64,000 nucleotides of DNA from Eledone cirrhosa (taxonomy: Eukaryota): contig OZ024746.1 of the NCBI GenBank assembly GCA_964016885.1, positions 79,918,001 to 79,982,000 of the forward strand, read 5' to 3'. The translations under genes and the position numbers were made by a program. The notes beneath the pieces were generated by a model that ran no database searches, was not told the DNA's origin, and was given only the letters and a program-made list of their open reading frames with translations. Each line of letters begins with the position of its first letter. The stretch's first letter is position 1. Shown in pieces: positions 1 to 13,658 of this stretch.

Positions 1-303
1 TATCGGATAAGTAGCACTCATCCTACAAACACACAGTTTGTAGGACAGGACTATAAATAATATAAGATCAAAAGATGGTTAAAAGAGTTCCAAGTATTTT
101 ATTATGCGCATTTCAAAAACAAATATCAACACATATTTTGATTTAAAACTTCACTATTCACAAGTGTTTTTTAAGCTTCATATCATGTATCCCTATTTTA
201 TTTGATGAAAACGCAGATATCATCCCATGATGATATTTGTTTTTGAAATGCGCATAATAAAATACTTGGAACTCTTTTAACCATCTTTTGATCTTATATT
301 ATA
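1..303 (+). mobile_element. Fold-back element family A (arms ~57-128 / 231-303), homologous to 56179-56548
   Basis: Inverted repeat read directly; near-identical family at 56179-56548; right end abuts TA-rich repeat. Confidence 0.8.
194..264 (+). ncRNA. Type I hammerhead motif, family A, C3U core variant
   Basis: tattttat-TTGATGA-helix II-GAAA-tgcgca-TA-ataaaata; 8-bp helix I. Confidence 0.7.
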
Positions 304-428
304 TATACATACATGCACACATATATATATGTACGTATGGGTTTACCGAACATTTATTATAATGCCCGAATTAAGCCGTACAGTGTTCGGCAACCATCGT
401 TGCCCTTTTGTTTAACACTGACAAAGGA

Positions 429-471
429 ACGATGAACTAGTTTCAAGCTTATTAGCTATCGTCAGCATCGT
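429..471 (-). ncRNA. Minimal type I hammerhead ribozyme, family B (GUU site)
   Basis: acgatg-CTGACGA-tagctaataagctt-GAAA-ctag-TT-catcgt; 6-bp helix I. Confidence 0.85.
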
Positions 472-603
472 ATACCTTCCTGTAAGATGATTGAACGTTT
501 GAAAGTATATACTTTCCTTATGCATATTAACGGCTGAGCAGCCTAATTTGTATATCGAGTGAGTTAGTCGGCCGGGCGTACCCAAAACGTTAAATGGAAA
601 AGA

Positions 604-640
604 ATGCTGACGATAGCTAATAAGCTTGAAACTAGTTCAT
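604..640 (+). ncRNA. Hammerhead motif, family B, helix I truncated at the inversion junction
   Basis: atg-CTGACGA...GAAA-ctag-TT-cat. Confidence 0.7.
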
Positions 641-878
641 CGTTCCTTTGTCAGTGTTGAACAAAGGGGCAACGATGGTTGCCGAACACTGTACGGCTTA
701 ATTCGGGATGTTTGTTTACAAACAAACCGAACATTATAATAAATGTTCGGCAAACCCATACGTACATATATATATGTGTGCATGTATATATATATATACA
801 TACTACTGTGCGTCTGTTTACATATATGTATGTACGTATACATACTTATATTTTTATATATATATATGTATATATATG

Positions 879-988
<110 letters not shown>

Positions 989-1006
989 TATATGTATATA
1001 TATATG

Positions 1007-1069
<63 letters not shown>

Positions 1070-1183
1070 CATATCTATATCTATATATATATATATATAT
1101 ATAAATATATATATATACATATATATATATAAAAATATAAGTATGTATACGTACATACATATATGTAAACAGACGCACAGTAG

Positions 1184-1233
<50 letters not shown>

Positions 1234-1285
1234 CATGCACACATATATATATATGTACGTATGGGTTTATATATATAAATATATA

Positions 1286-1357
<72 letters not shown>

Positions 1358-1740
1358 CAACGAAGGCTATACAATCGAGACTATATTAGCATCCAGTAGA
1401 TGAGGTGTAACATTTGTAAGTATGTAATACCTTTCCATTTAGATACTACAGACTAATGATAACCATTATAAAGAACTTAAAACGAACAACACAGTTTGAT
1501 TGAGAGAATAAATTAGTCATTACTTAAATTAGTGATGATATTATTAAGGCGAGTAATATCATCAGCATTTTCGTAATACAAATAGACTGTTCATGATATA
1601 ACCAGGATTATAAATCGTACAATAGTTGATATACAATAAATACATACAATCGCATAACGAACGAAATGTACTGACATGGAAATTAATAAAGAAGTCAGTA
1701 CCTATTACACAAATCATTCTTCACAAGTAGTGGTGTGCTG

Positions 1741-1755
1741 CTCTCTCTCTCTCTT

Positions 1756-1825
<70 letters not shown>

Positions 1826-1882
1826 ATTGGATGTTAGATAAACAAATTTGACACTTTCTGCAATATATATATATATATATCC

Positions 1883-1956
<74 letters not shown>

Positions 1957-1996
1957 ATTGGATGTTAGATAAACAAATTTGACACTTTCTGCAATA
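1741..1996 (+). repeat. (CT)n arrays with a duplicated ~43-bp unique segment
   Basis: ccctattggatgttagataaacaaatttgacactttctgcaata occurs at ~1822 and ~1953. Confidence 0.85.
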
Positions 1997-2787
1997 ACCA
2001 CGCAAAATTATGCGAGATAATATTCAATCCATTCTTTCGAAAGTTCCAGCGGTTTAATCGTCAGCTTTTTCTATGATAGAGTAGTTTCCAAAGAGCTTCT
2101 GTTAGTTAAGAGCGAGAAAATACCCCCCCCCCCCCCCCCCTCCGCATCCCCCATCTCACATTTAAGTCTAGTCAGGCAGCGTGACATAACCTGGTTCAAA
2201 CCTTGCATAACTTAGACGGCACAACACATATTGCCAGGAAGTTTCTTACCACTTGAAAGACCGACGATTTAGTTGGAGAATTTGAACTTCAACATGTCTA
2301 GGATGTTGTATGACTTTCCCCGCAGTCGAGACGTCAAATAGTTCACTCGATTCAGATTTTTTACCCAAAACGATATTGAGAAGCAGGGTTTTGTGAACAG
2401 ACAGAATAAGGGCTACATCATAGCCATTGATTGCTCGCAGTCTAAGAGTTATCTTAATAACGAGGCGTAGAATTGGGATTAAAAGGAATATCTCTGAACC
2501 AAGATAATCCAAAGATGCTGTTGGTTGATTGCTGTAAATTGGCATTTTCTTAACGTGTCAATGTCACTTACTATCTTCTTACTGGCTAGTTTATATATAT
2601 TTCTAGTGGAATTTAGTAATCTACAGTTGGATCTGTTAGGGAATTCAGCCATGTGTTTCCACGGAGATATGAATGATTTCTGTTAGCTACACATTCGATT
2701 CTCTATGTTGCCCCCCCCCCCCATAGTTTAAGTTAAGTTATTGAAACCACTAAATGGATATAAAGATAAACATGCATATGCGTATGA

Positions 2788-2852
<65 letters not shown>

Positions 2853-2855
<3 letters not shown>

Positions 2856-3148
2856 GCGTATTTTGACTAAAGAAATTAAAGAAATTATTTAGCCTGATAG
2901 CGGGGTTAAGTACCCACGGAGAAATGGAAAAAAAATGAGTATTGACGTACATGGGAGTCGAACCCACATTTTGGTTATCTGGACCACTGAGATACGTACG
3001 TCAATACTCATCTTTTTCCATTTCTCCGAAGGTTCATAACCCCACTATCAGGCTAAATAATTTCTTTAATTTCTTTAGTCAAAATACGGCGATAGCTTAC
3101 ATTTCTAATAATTTCAAACCCACTCGCTGTTTCGAAAGTATTCTTACT

Positions 3149-3150
<2 letters not shown>
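2853..3150 (-). mobile_element. Fold-back element in (TA)n with tRNA-like A/B boxes in the loop
   Basis: Arms ~2853-2950 / 2996-3092; loop minus strand CTCAGTGGT...GGTTCGACTCCC. Confidence 0.7.
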
Positions 3151-3219
<69 letters not shown>

Positions 3220-3224
<5 letters not shown>

Positions 3225-3899
3225 AGATTTGAATGGATACAGTTTAGTTGAAAGGAATTTATTGACACGTGTTTCTATAACAGTTACATAACCTAAAACA
3301 GCTATCTACAAACTTTTAGTTATGCAGACATTCAATATTTCAATGTTATTATTTACTGTCATTTCATCAGAATAATATTACTGAGGACCTATTTAGTTTT
3401 TATAGAGAATATTAGGAGGGAGGGGTGAAGTTGTTAGAAGAATAGTTGAAGGAGTGGTTTTTCGATAGCAGTGAGATTATTACATAATCACACACAAGAA
3501 GAAACTGCTGAATAACAGAATTGAACGAACATTATTCTGCCGTCACAGAACTAAAACCCTTTTTTCCCACTACAAGCCGAATATTACATAAAAGAGGCCC
3601 CCAACTATATAAACCTTAATCTAGTTAGAAAAATATAAAAACAATCTCTTCTCAACATATATTAATAACCTTAAATTACCATACTAATAATGAAAAGATA
3701 TGCTGATGAGAATAGGTACAAATATGCGATAATGAATGTGTCTAAAAACGTCCATAAGTATGTATATATATGTGAAAATGTATATAAATAGGTAAATATA
3801 TATATATGTTTGATGTGTATAGTTAGATGTAAGTGTATTCATGTATTAAAGTGCTTATATATATATATATATATGTATATGTGTGTGTATGTATGTGTA

Positions 3900-3998
<99 letters not shown>

Positions 3999-4688
3999 AT
4001 ATGTGTATATGGATGTGTATGTATGTGTATGTGTGTACACATGGACTAGAGTATGTATGTATATATGTGTGTGTCTATACGTGTGTATATAAAGATAAGT
4101 TGAGTACGAAAATGTATACACATGAGCGCGTATGTATGTACATGAATACATGTGTGTATATATATGTAAGTATGAATATGTGAATTGTGAGTATATGTAT
4201 TTTGTAGAGGTGTGCAAATATATTTGTGTGTGAATGCGTGGGTGAAAGGATACGTACACTTGAAAGAAAAATTTAAGTCTGAATGTTAATTAAGTGCAAA
4301 CACAAAACCAACCACGCATATCTTTACTATCTCTAATCCTTCTATAGATTTAGAAAAATAACCAATAATATATTCTATAAAAAATGTCAAAACAACAGAT
4401 GGGAATCTAATTACTCACTGCCACCAAGAATTCTCACTGCTATCGAAAAACCACTCCTTCAACTATTCTTCTAACAACTTCACCCCTCCCTCCTAATATT
4501 CTCTATAAAAACTAAATAGGTCCTCAGTAATATTATTCTGATGAAATGACAGTAAATAATAACATTGAAATATTGAATGTCTGCATAACTAAAAGTTTGT
4601 AGATAGCTGTTTTAGGTTATGTAACTGTTATAGAAACACGTGTCAATAAATTCCTTTCAACTAAACTGTATCCATTCAAATCTTTCTA
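3220..4688. repeat. ~256-bp near-perfect inverted repeat (3220-3475 / 4433-4688) carrying a degenerate HHR-like motif (family C)
   Basis: Arms reverse-complementary; CTGATGA-aatg...catt-GAAA at 4538-4570; helix I weak. Confidence 0.8.
3699..3756 (+). ncRNA. Degenerate hammerhead motif, family D (GAAA changed to AAAA)
   Basis: tatg-CTGATGA-...-aAAA-cg-TC-cata. Confidence 0.5.
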
Positions 4689-4796
4689 TTTTTCTCCGGA
4701 TTACTTTTGGAACTACAACTGGAACCGTCGAGCAAACTCTACGTGAGCTGATAATCTACTGTGTGTAATATTTATATTACAACACAACGGAAAATA

Positions 4797-4904
<108 letters not shown>

Positions 4905-4920
4905 TTTTTTTTTTAATGGT

Positions 4921-5034
4921 AAAGAATGACTTCCCTTGTAGTTCTAAACAATTTGATTTAATTTTATAATATTCAAATCATAATATTACAAAATTAAATT
5001 AAATTGTTTAGAACTACAAGTGAAGTCATTCTTT
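4921..5034. repeat. Short fold-back between TA arrays
   Basis: aaagaatgacttcccttgtagttctaaacaattt vs aaattgtttagaactacaagtgaagtcattcttt. Confidence 0.75.
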
Positions 5035-5083
5035 TCCTTTTTCTAATATGCCTAACTATACCAAGGATTTTACACATTTTCCA

Positions 5084-5445
<362 letters not shown>

Positions 5446-5911
5446 ATATATATATATATATATAAATTAGCGAGAATCGTATTTCGGCTTTGGAATTAGC
5501 GAAAAACAACTTCCGAGATGTGTGGCAAGCGCTCAATAATTCTGACGAACCACAGCTACAACATACGTTAAAGGCCAAACACACTGAGACGATGGTTAAA
5601 CCGTCATCCGCACAACCATAGAAACGACCAAGTAATTCGGGTCAAACAAATAAAAAATATGTGATTGAAAAAATTTACCCGGACCCCTGGGTGGTTGGTA
5701 AAATATATATATATATCCAACACGAAGCAAAATTAAACATTTGATAAACTACTCTGCGAAACTGGTTAAGTACAAAAATTCAATATATCTTTAAAAATAA
5801 CTGTAATTTAATTGTTTTTACTTTCGGTGCGAATTGATTTCATTTCGTTGTTTATTATAAGCATCGCATGTATATATAAAAACATTAGTTATCATTTGAC
5901 GTATATATAAG

Positions 5912-6128
5912 GGCGATGGATTGGCAGTATCAGTAGATCGTCGGACATCATGCTTCGCAGAAGAGAATTACGGTCCGTTACGTACTGAGTTCAAATCCCG
6001 GCAAGGTTAACTTTGCCTTTCATCCTTACGGGCTCGATAAAATAAAACACGAGTGAGTACTGGGGTCGATTTAATTTACTATCCCCTTCCACTTCAAATT
6101 GCTGGCCTTGTGTCTAAAGTAGAAACCT
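5912..6128 (+). mobile_element. tRNA-derived SINE with Nin/Deu-like domain (long form)
   Basis: A box tggcagtatcagtag, B box gagttcaaatccc, cctttcatccttacggg.tcgataaaat domain. Confidence 0.85.
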
Positions 6129-6135
6129 TTATCTG

Positions 6136-6166
<31 letters not shown>

Positions 6167-6334
6167 CACATATATATATATTTATATATATATACAGAGA
6201 GGGAGAGAGAGAGAGTTGATGAGCTGAACAAAGAATAGAACAAGAGTAACAATAACAAAAATAATAATAAGAATTAAATATGTCAATATATGCACATGTC
6301 ACTGCCATAACATATTATCTCTAACACTGCAATG

Positions 6335-6468
<134 letters not shown>

Positions 6469-6892
6469 TGTATATATATATATATATATATTTATTAAAA
6501 TAACTGATTAAAGTTTAAGCAAAGAATCGCTATTACTATATATATATATATATATATGTGTGTGTATAAATACCAGTGTTTGTGTAAGATAATATACAGT
6601 GTTTAAATAAACATAATTCATGAACATGAAAATTAGTATACAACAGAGAGATATTTATAAAGATTAGTGTGAGGGTTTGAGATGATGTGTGTTTGTGTGC
6701 ATTTCAATGAGTGTGTGCTTGTGCGGGTGTGATTGTCTGAATGTATGTGTGTGTGTGTATGTGTACGCTTTGACATGTTTCATAGGCTTATATGATTGTG
6801 TAAAAGATCTTGGACTTTAATGAAAGTTCTTTAAAATTCTGTCATGTTATTTCTATCATCCACTATGCGCTCTGATTATTTTCATATATATA

Positions 6893-7064
6893 TTGGTAGA
6901 GTGTCGGATGCCATGCTTTGGCGCATAGAGTTACGGCCCTTGCCATTCTGAGTTCAAATCCCGCCGAGGTTAACTTTGCCTTTCATCCTTACGGGGTCGA
7001 TAAAATAAAGTACCAGTAATACACTGGGTAATTGCTGGCCTTGTGCCTAACGTAGAAACAATTA
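6893..7064 (+). mobile_element. Nin/Deu-like SINE (short form)
   Basis: Same family. Confidence 0.85.
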
Positions 7065-7095
7065 TTTTCATATATATATATATATATATATATAT

Positions 7096-7319
7096 GAAAA
7101 ATAACCGAGGTGTCCTACACGAGTGAAAGTATAAAGAAAAAGAGATGAAATCGAAAATGCAACTGGAGACTTATTTTTTTTTTTAAATATATATATTTAT
7201 TTGGTTCCTTTACCGGTTTCGCAGTTCTTCTGCTTTTCAAAAGGTGAGTTGAGATGGAGGGTCTGTGGTTTTTCTCAAAAAATAAGACTCCAGTTGCATT
7301 TTCGATTTCATCTCTTTTT

Positions 7320-7326
<7 letters not shown>
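7096..7326 (-). mobile_element. HHR element family E with inverted 3' arm (7130-7179 / 7278-7326)
   Basis: Reverse complement of 28536-28716; TA arrays on both sides. Confidence 0.8.
7207..7244 (-). ncRNA. Minimal hammerhead fold, family E, non-canonical core UUGAAAA
   Basis: cctt-TTGAAAA-gcag agaa/ctgc-GAAA-ccgg-TA-aagg. Confidence 0.65.
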
Positions 7327-7415
<89 letters not shown>

Positions 7416-8020
7416 ATAATCAGGACCCCGAAGGCTGAGCTCCGGTCGTTTCGTGAGCTAGATCCTGGAAGGGTTAGTACCAAATTTCGACATTGAAGAC
7501 AAGACCAGCATACGTACAGGACGCCTGTGGTTAGTATGTGGTTAAATAAAGACCACATACTGCAATAGTCTGGGATTCAAAGGACCCTAGCTTTTTAATA
7601 AGGGGAGAGATTGTAGTTGTTTTCAAGAGACATCTGGCATTCTACTGACCAAGATTCCGGATGAATCCACAGCACGAGGTGAAACGCAAATAATAGCAGC
7701 AGCAGCAACAAACTCCCTATTGCATCAATGGCCAACCACGAAAGGCTGGCTATACAAAGTGTAGCATCAATGGCTGTGCCACAGCATGGCCCCAGCCTGT
7801 CACCTGGAACACATGATAGAGTAATAGAGTAATAGAGTAATAGAGTAATATGTACATATACGAGTGTGTATACGTACGTATATTATACATATACAAAAGC
7901 ATACATACATACACATATACATACATACATACATACATATATATATATATAAATATATATATATATATTATATATATATATATATATACATATGCATGTA
8001 TGTATACATACATACATACA

Positions 8021-8056
<36 letters not shown>

Positions 8057-8146
8057 TAAATATATATATATTATATATATATATGTACATATGTATGTAT
8101 GTATGTATACATACATACATACATACATACATACATACAAATATAC

Positions 8147-8184
<38 letters not shown>

Positions 8185-8237
8185 TTGTATGTATACATAC
8201 ATACATACATACATACATACATACATACATACACATA

Positions 8238-8336
<99 letters not shown>

Positions 8337-8587
8337 TTGTATGTATACATACATACAGACTTGCATATATACATTTAGTAACGCATGTTCATGTACAATA
8401 CAATCAGATTTCATGTAGTTTTATATGGGTTTTGCAAAATGGTCTTTTGTATAAACTATTTTAATTAATCTAAATTCCCAGATTTTGTAATAACATTATT
8501 CTACATGACAAGAAATAGAAAAATCTTGGTAAATTAATTCACCAATAGACGTATATTTAAAACTTTCGTCCTTGTTTTTTATATGTA

Positions 8588-8744
<157 letters not shown>

Positions 8745-8964
8745 GTATACATATGTATGTGTGTATAAATATGTACATGCAAACATATACATATATATAT
8801 ACTTAAATATATATATAATTTTGTGTAGAAACGCACACACACACACAGACAAACACACACACACACATATATTAATATTAATATATATATATATATGTAT
8901 ATATATATGTACATATATGTATATATATATATATATATATACATATAGATACATACATATATAC

Positions 8965-9131
<167 letters not shown>

Positions 9132-9292
9132 TACGTATATATATATATATATATATACATATATATATAGAGAGAGAGAGAGAGACATGCATAGACAGTT
9201 ACATATATATGTATGTAATAGATTATATAAATACATATGTAAATTCAAAAGCTTTTGTGCACATGTATGTGGTTATGTATGCGTATGTGTAT

Positions 9293-9327
<35 letters not shown>

Positions 9328-9370
9328 CATACATAGACCCCTACATAAATAAGTATGCATATGTATGTAG

Positions 9371-9423
<53 letters not shown>

Positions 9424-9753
9424 AACGAGTGAGTGTGTGTGAGAGAGAGAGGGGGAGAGAGAAGGAAAGAGAGAGAGACGGGATTGAGAGAGAGAAGCTT
9501 GTATGTGTATATGTGTGTACATGGTGGTGTAGACATCTATGTATGATCTATTCTATATCTCACTGTATTTCTTTCAAATATTTCAAATATGAGATTTGAT
9601 TTGAATTTCTGCTAATACTCTCCAGATGATTAATATATAAATCTATATTTTCATTAAAAAGTCGCTGCTTTTATTCATAGGAACTTGTTAAATATAGTTG
9701 CCTTTCAGTATACATAGTAGACACGACACCATAAACATACATATATTATGTAT

Positions 9754-9940
9754 GTGGATTGGCAGTATCGGTAGAGGGTCGGACGCCATGCTTTGACGCA
9801 TAGAGTTACGGCCCTTGCCATTCTGAGTTCAAATCCCGCCGAGGTTAACTTTGCCTTTCATCCCTACGGGGTCGATAAAATAAAGTACCAGTAATACACT
9901 GGGTAATTTCTGGCCTTGTGCCAAAAGTAGAAACAATTAT
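9754..9940 (+). mobile_element. Nin/Deu-like SINE (short form)
   Basis: Same family. Confidence 0.85.
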
Positions 9941-9941
9941 G

Positions 9942-9990
<49 letters not shown>

Positions 9991-10084
9991 TCGTGTGTGT
10001 GTGTGTGTACTAGTGTTTCTGTTGCTTTTGTATAAAGAATTGAACGTCAAAATCCTTACATTTAAATATCTCTTAATTGTTTGA

Positions 10085-10320
10085 GAGTTCGGCTGCCGAT
10101 CGTAAGGTGAAGACCTTCAGCAAGAGACTTTATTTCATGTTTGATTCACACGACACAGTGTTAATGTCGCATCTGTAACACATGTCACATTGAATCTTCC
10201 TCGGAGTTATGTTATGAGTACGTCTTTGAACTGAGCAACCAGTTACACGTTAATTTCACGTTGAGGCCGCTCTATTGATTAAACAACTGAAACACTCATC
10301 GTCAGAATTGACAGGGGTTC
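10085..10320 (+). mobile_element. Degenerate tRNA-derived CORE-like SINE
   Basis: agcaagagactttatttcatg...tgtcacattgaatct; homologous to 30595-30890. Confidence 0.6.
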
Positions 10321-10399
10321 AAATCACAGTTTAGAACATGTTTACAATCTGCGCAGAAAGAAGATTAATGTAGGAATTAATGTAGGAATTAATGTAGGA

Positions 10400-10545
10400 G
10401 ATAATGATTTCTAGTATAGGCACAAGCCAGCAATTATTCCAGTACATTATTGGTACTTTATTTTATCGACCCGTAAGGATAAAAGTCAAAGTTAACCTCG
10501 ACGGAATTTGAACTCATCGAGGTTAACTTTGCCTTTCATCCTTAA
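10400..10545 (-). mobile_element. Nin/Deu-like SINE fragments
   Basis: Reverse-strand fragment plus short inverted piece. Confidence 0.7.
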
Positions 10546-10718
10546 GGAAATAATGTAGGAATTAAAGGATAGACAAGTTGGTTTGTTCTTATTGCAATGA
10601 ATTCAAGATCATTAAGATCATGAGTTCGACTCCAGGACAGGGCGACGAGTTGTGTTCTTGAGCAAAATATATAATTTTATGTTTCTCCTTCTACCAGGAG
10701 TTGGGACTGAATCGGCAT

Positions 10719-10886
10719 GTAGTAGTATAAGTACTAGTATAAGTAGTAGTAGAAGTAGTAGTATAAGTAGTAGTAGAAGTAGTAGTAGAAGTAGTAGTAG
10801 AAGTAGTAGTAGAAGTAGTAGTATAAGTAGTAGTAGAAGTAGTAGTAGAAGTAGTAGTAGAAGTAGTAGTAGAAGTAGTAGTATAA
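10719..10886 (+). repeat. (AGT)n-derived 12-bp minisatellite
   Basis: agtagtagtaga / agtagtagtata units. Confidence 0.9.
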
Positions 10887-11049
10887 GCAATGGAACGTAT
10901 TTTCCAACTATCAGCACTTTTCCCACATTTATTTTTTTGTTTCATTACAGAACATATTGTAGGGAACTTTCCACAGAAATAATTGCATCGTGGATGAACC
11001 TCTTTAGCCATTAAAACGAACGCATAAAAATACACACACACACGCACAC

Positions 11050-11089
<40 letters not shown>

Positions 11090-11363
11090 TGTTTATTTTA
11101 ATTCTCGCTTTCTAAGAAAAATTAGATGTCAAATGTTTGTCACACTGCTACGAGTTGAAGCAGATTTGATTCCTATATTTAGCAGGTCGAGCAACCACTA
11201 AGTGTCTCTCTCTCATTGACTCATACTGATTACGTTATCTTTGTAGTATGATAGATGAAATAAACTTAATTGCTTCGTTTTAGATTGCTATTTTTTTTTA
11301 AGCATCTTCGAACTAAATAAGTGGGTTATAAGGTTATACCTAATTAAAATAATCAATATGCAG

Positions 11364-11406
<43 letters not shown>

Positions 11407-11520
11407 TTGAAAAAAATGAAAACGAAATTTCATTTCTCACTCTTAGTATGGCACTTACTTAAATGTAAGTATGTATGTATACGTACATACATATATGTAT
11501 ACAGACGTACAGTAGCATGC

Positions 11521-11610
<90 letters not shown>

Positions 11611-11772
11611 GCATACAGGTACACATACATATATGCACGCATCAGTTTAGTCGACGTTTATTATAACGCCGGCCGCTTTGTTCGTTTGTTTGTAAACAAA
11701 CTGAACAGCCTGAATTTATGCCATACGGTGTTAAGGCAACCACGTCACCTTTTTGTTCAACACTGACACAGG

Positions 11773-11817
11773 AACGATGTACTAGTTTCAAGCTTGTTAG
11801 CTATCATCAGCACCGTT
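11773..11817 (-). ncRNA. Minimal type I hammerhead ribozyme, family B (GUA site)
   Basis: aacggtg-CTGATGA-tagctaacaagctt-GAAA-ctag-TA-catcgtt. Confidence 0.85.
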
Positions 11818-12013
11818 TACCCATCTGCCAGATAGTTGAACGTTCGAAAGTATATACTTTCCTTATGAAAATTAACGGCTGAGCAGCCTAATTTGCATAT
11901 TGAGTGAGTTAAATCGGTCAGGCATACAAAGCGGCCGGCGTTATAATAAACGTCGACTAAACTGATGCGTGCATATATGTATGTGTACCTGTATGCATAT
12001 GTGTATATATATA

Positions 12014-12087
<74 letters not shown>

Positions 12088-12324
12088 GCATGCTACTGTA
12101 CGTCTGTATACATATATGTATGTACGTATACATACATACTTACATTTAAGTAAGTGCCATACTAAGAGTGAGAAATGAAATTTCGTTTTCATTTTTTTCA
12201 ACTTATCGTTTTCGGTATGCCTGACCGATTTAACTCACTCAATATGCAAATTAGGCTGCTCAGCCGTTAATTTTCATAAGGAAAGTATATACTTTCGAAC
12301 GTTCAACTATCTGGCAGATGGGTA

Positions 12325-12369
12325 AACGGTGCTGATGATAGCTAACAAGCTTGAAACTAGTACATCGTT
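12325..12369 (+). ncRNA. Minimal type I hammerhead ribozyme, family B (GUA site)
   Basis: Same motif; 7-bp helix I with one G-U. Confidence 0.85.
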
Positions 12370-12531
12370 CCTGTGTCAGTGTTGAACAAAAAGGTGACGT
12401 GCTTGCCTTAACACCGTATGGCATAAATTCAGGCTGTTCGCTTTGTTGACAAACAAACGAACAAAGCGGCCGGCGTTATAATAAACGTCGACTAAACTGA
12501 TGCGTGCATATATGTATGTGTACCTGTATGC

Positions 12532-12589
<58 letters not shown>

Positions 12590-12643
12590 GCATGCTACTG
12601 TACGTCTGTATACATATATGTATGTACGTATACATACATACTT

Positions 12644-12675
<32 letters not shown>

Positions 12676-12862
12676 CAAATAGTGAAAACAATGAAATTAA
12701 ACAAAATACGGGTAATTCATAGTAATACTCATTATTTTACGATAGTTTCTGGGGGGGGGGTAGTTATCCGTAGGTTCATTTTATTAGTGATCTATGTAAA
12801 ATATATTACAAATTATCAAAGTAAGAAAATATACATACGTCTTCCCTACCCGCTGTCTTCAG

Positions 12863-13040
12863 AAATAATTGTTTCTACTTTTGGCCAGCAATGACCCAGT
12901 ACATTACTGGTACTTTATTTTATCGACCCCGTAAGGATGAAAAGCAAAGTTAACCTCGGCGGAATTGGAACTCAGATCGTAAAGGAACGTAACTACACTG
13001 GAAAGCATGTCCGACTCTTCTACCAATACTGCCAATAAAT
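12863..13040 (-). mobile_element. Nin/Deu-like SINE
   Basis: Reverse complement of the family consensus. Confidence 0.8.
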
Positions 13041-13658
13041 AATGAGTTTTGTTTATTGAAGAATATAAAAACATGTATGAATAAGTAACCTTTTAAGAAC
13101 AAGGTTGAGATTGACCAATAGTAAAAATAGGAAGGGGCAATATAGATCATTAAGCTGGTAGTAGTAGATGAATAAATTAGCAGTCAGGGGATGAGGTATC
13201 GAATGACCTTTAAGAAAAGAAAAGGAAGTTGCGAGTGTAAAGGAATTTAGACAGATTGTATAGAAAAGTGTGGACGGTCAAGGAAGATTAAAGTTGGAGG
13301 GAAAGTGGTGCAGATATCAGTGTGTTATATCTAGTAGAATACTATAGAACAACGGTAAATATCTGTTATTTCTTTGTTCAAGAGGAATAATTTGTTCTAA
13401 AAATAGAAGAAGTAGAGGAATATAGATGGAACTAAAGAAAAGTAAAATTTATATAAAAAAATATATAGGTAAGAAAATAATAAAATTTGTGTAAGTATTG
13501 TATTGTGTTAGAGTGGTCAGAATGAAGTTTTATCTGTAGGGAATTTTATTTTCGAATAAGAAATCTCATTAATAATCTGGTTTTCTTAATAGGTTTAAAT
13601 GCATGTCTGTTAAAGTTTTGTTAGTGTTGAATATAATGTAATATATAGTGCTCATTAA

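Larger units (their letters stand above)
11403..12650. mobile_element. HHR element family B: inverted unit (11403-11926), partial unit (11926-12205), tandem unit (12217-12650)
   Basis: Near-identical inverted and tandem copies between TA arrays. Confidence 0.85.

Noticed and set aside
1533-1567. CTGATGA (minus) in a small hairpin
   Set aside because: No GAAA or helix III follows
2030-2070. CTGACGA...GAAA on the minus strand
   Set aside because: Helices I and II do not pair; no NUH
5538-5640. CTGACGA...GAAAC in an island related to 29210-29290
   Set aside because: No consistent helices
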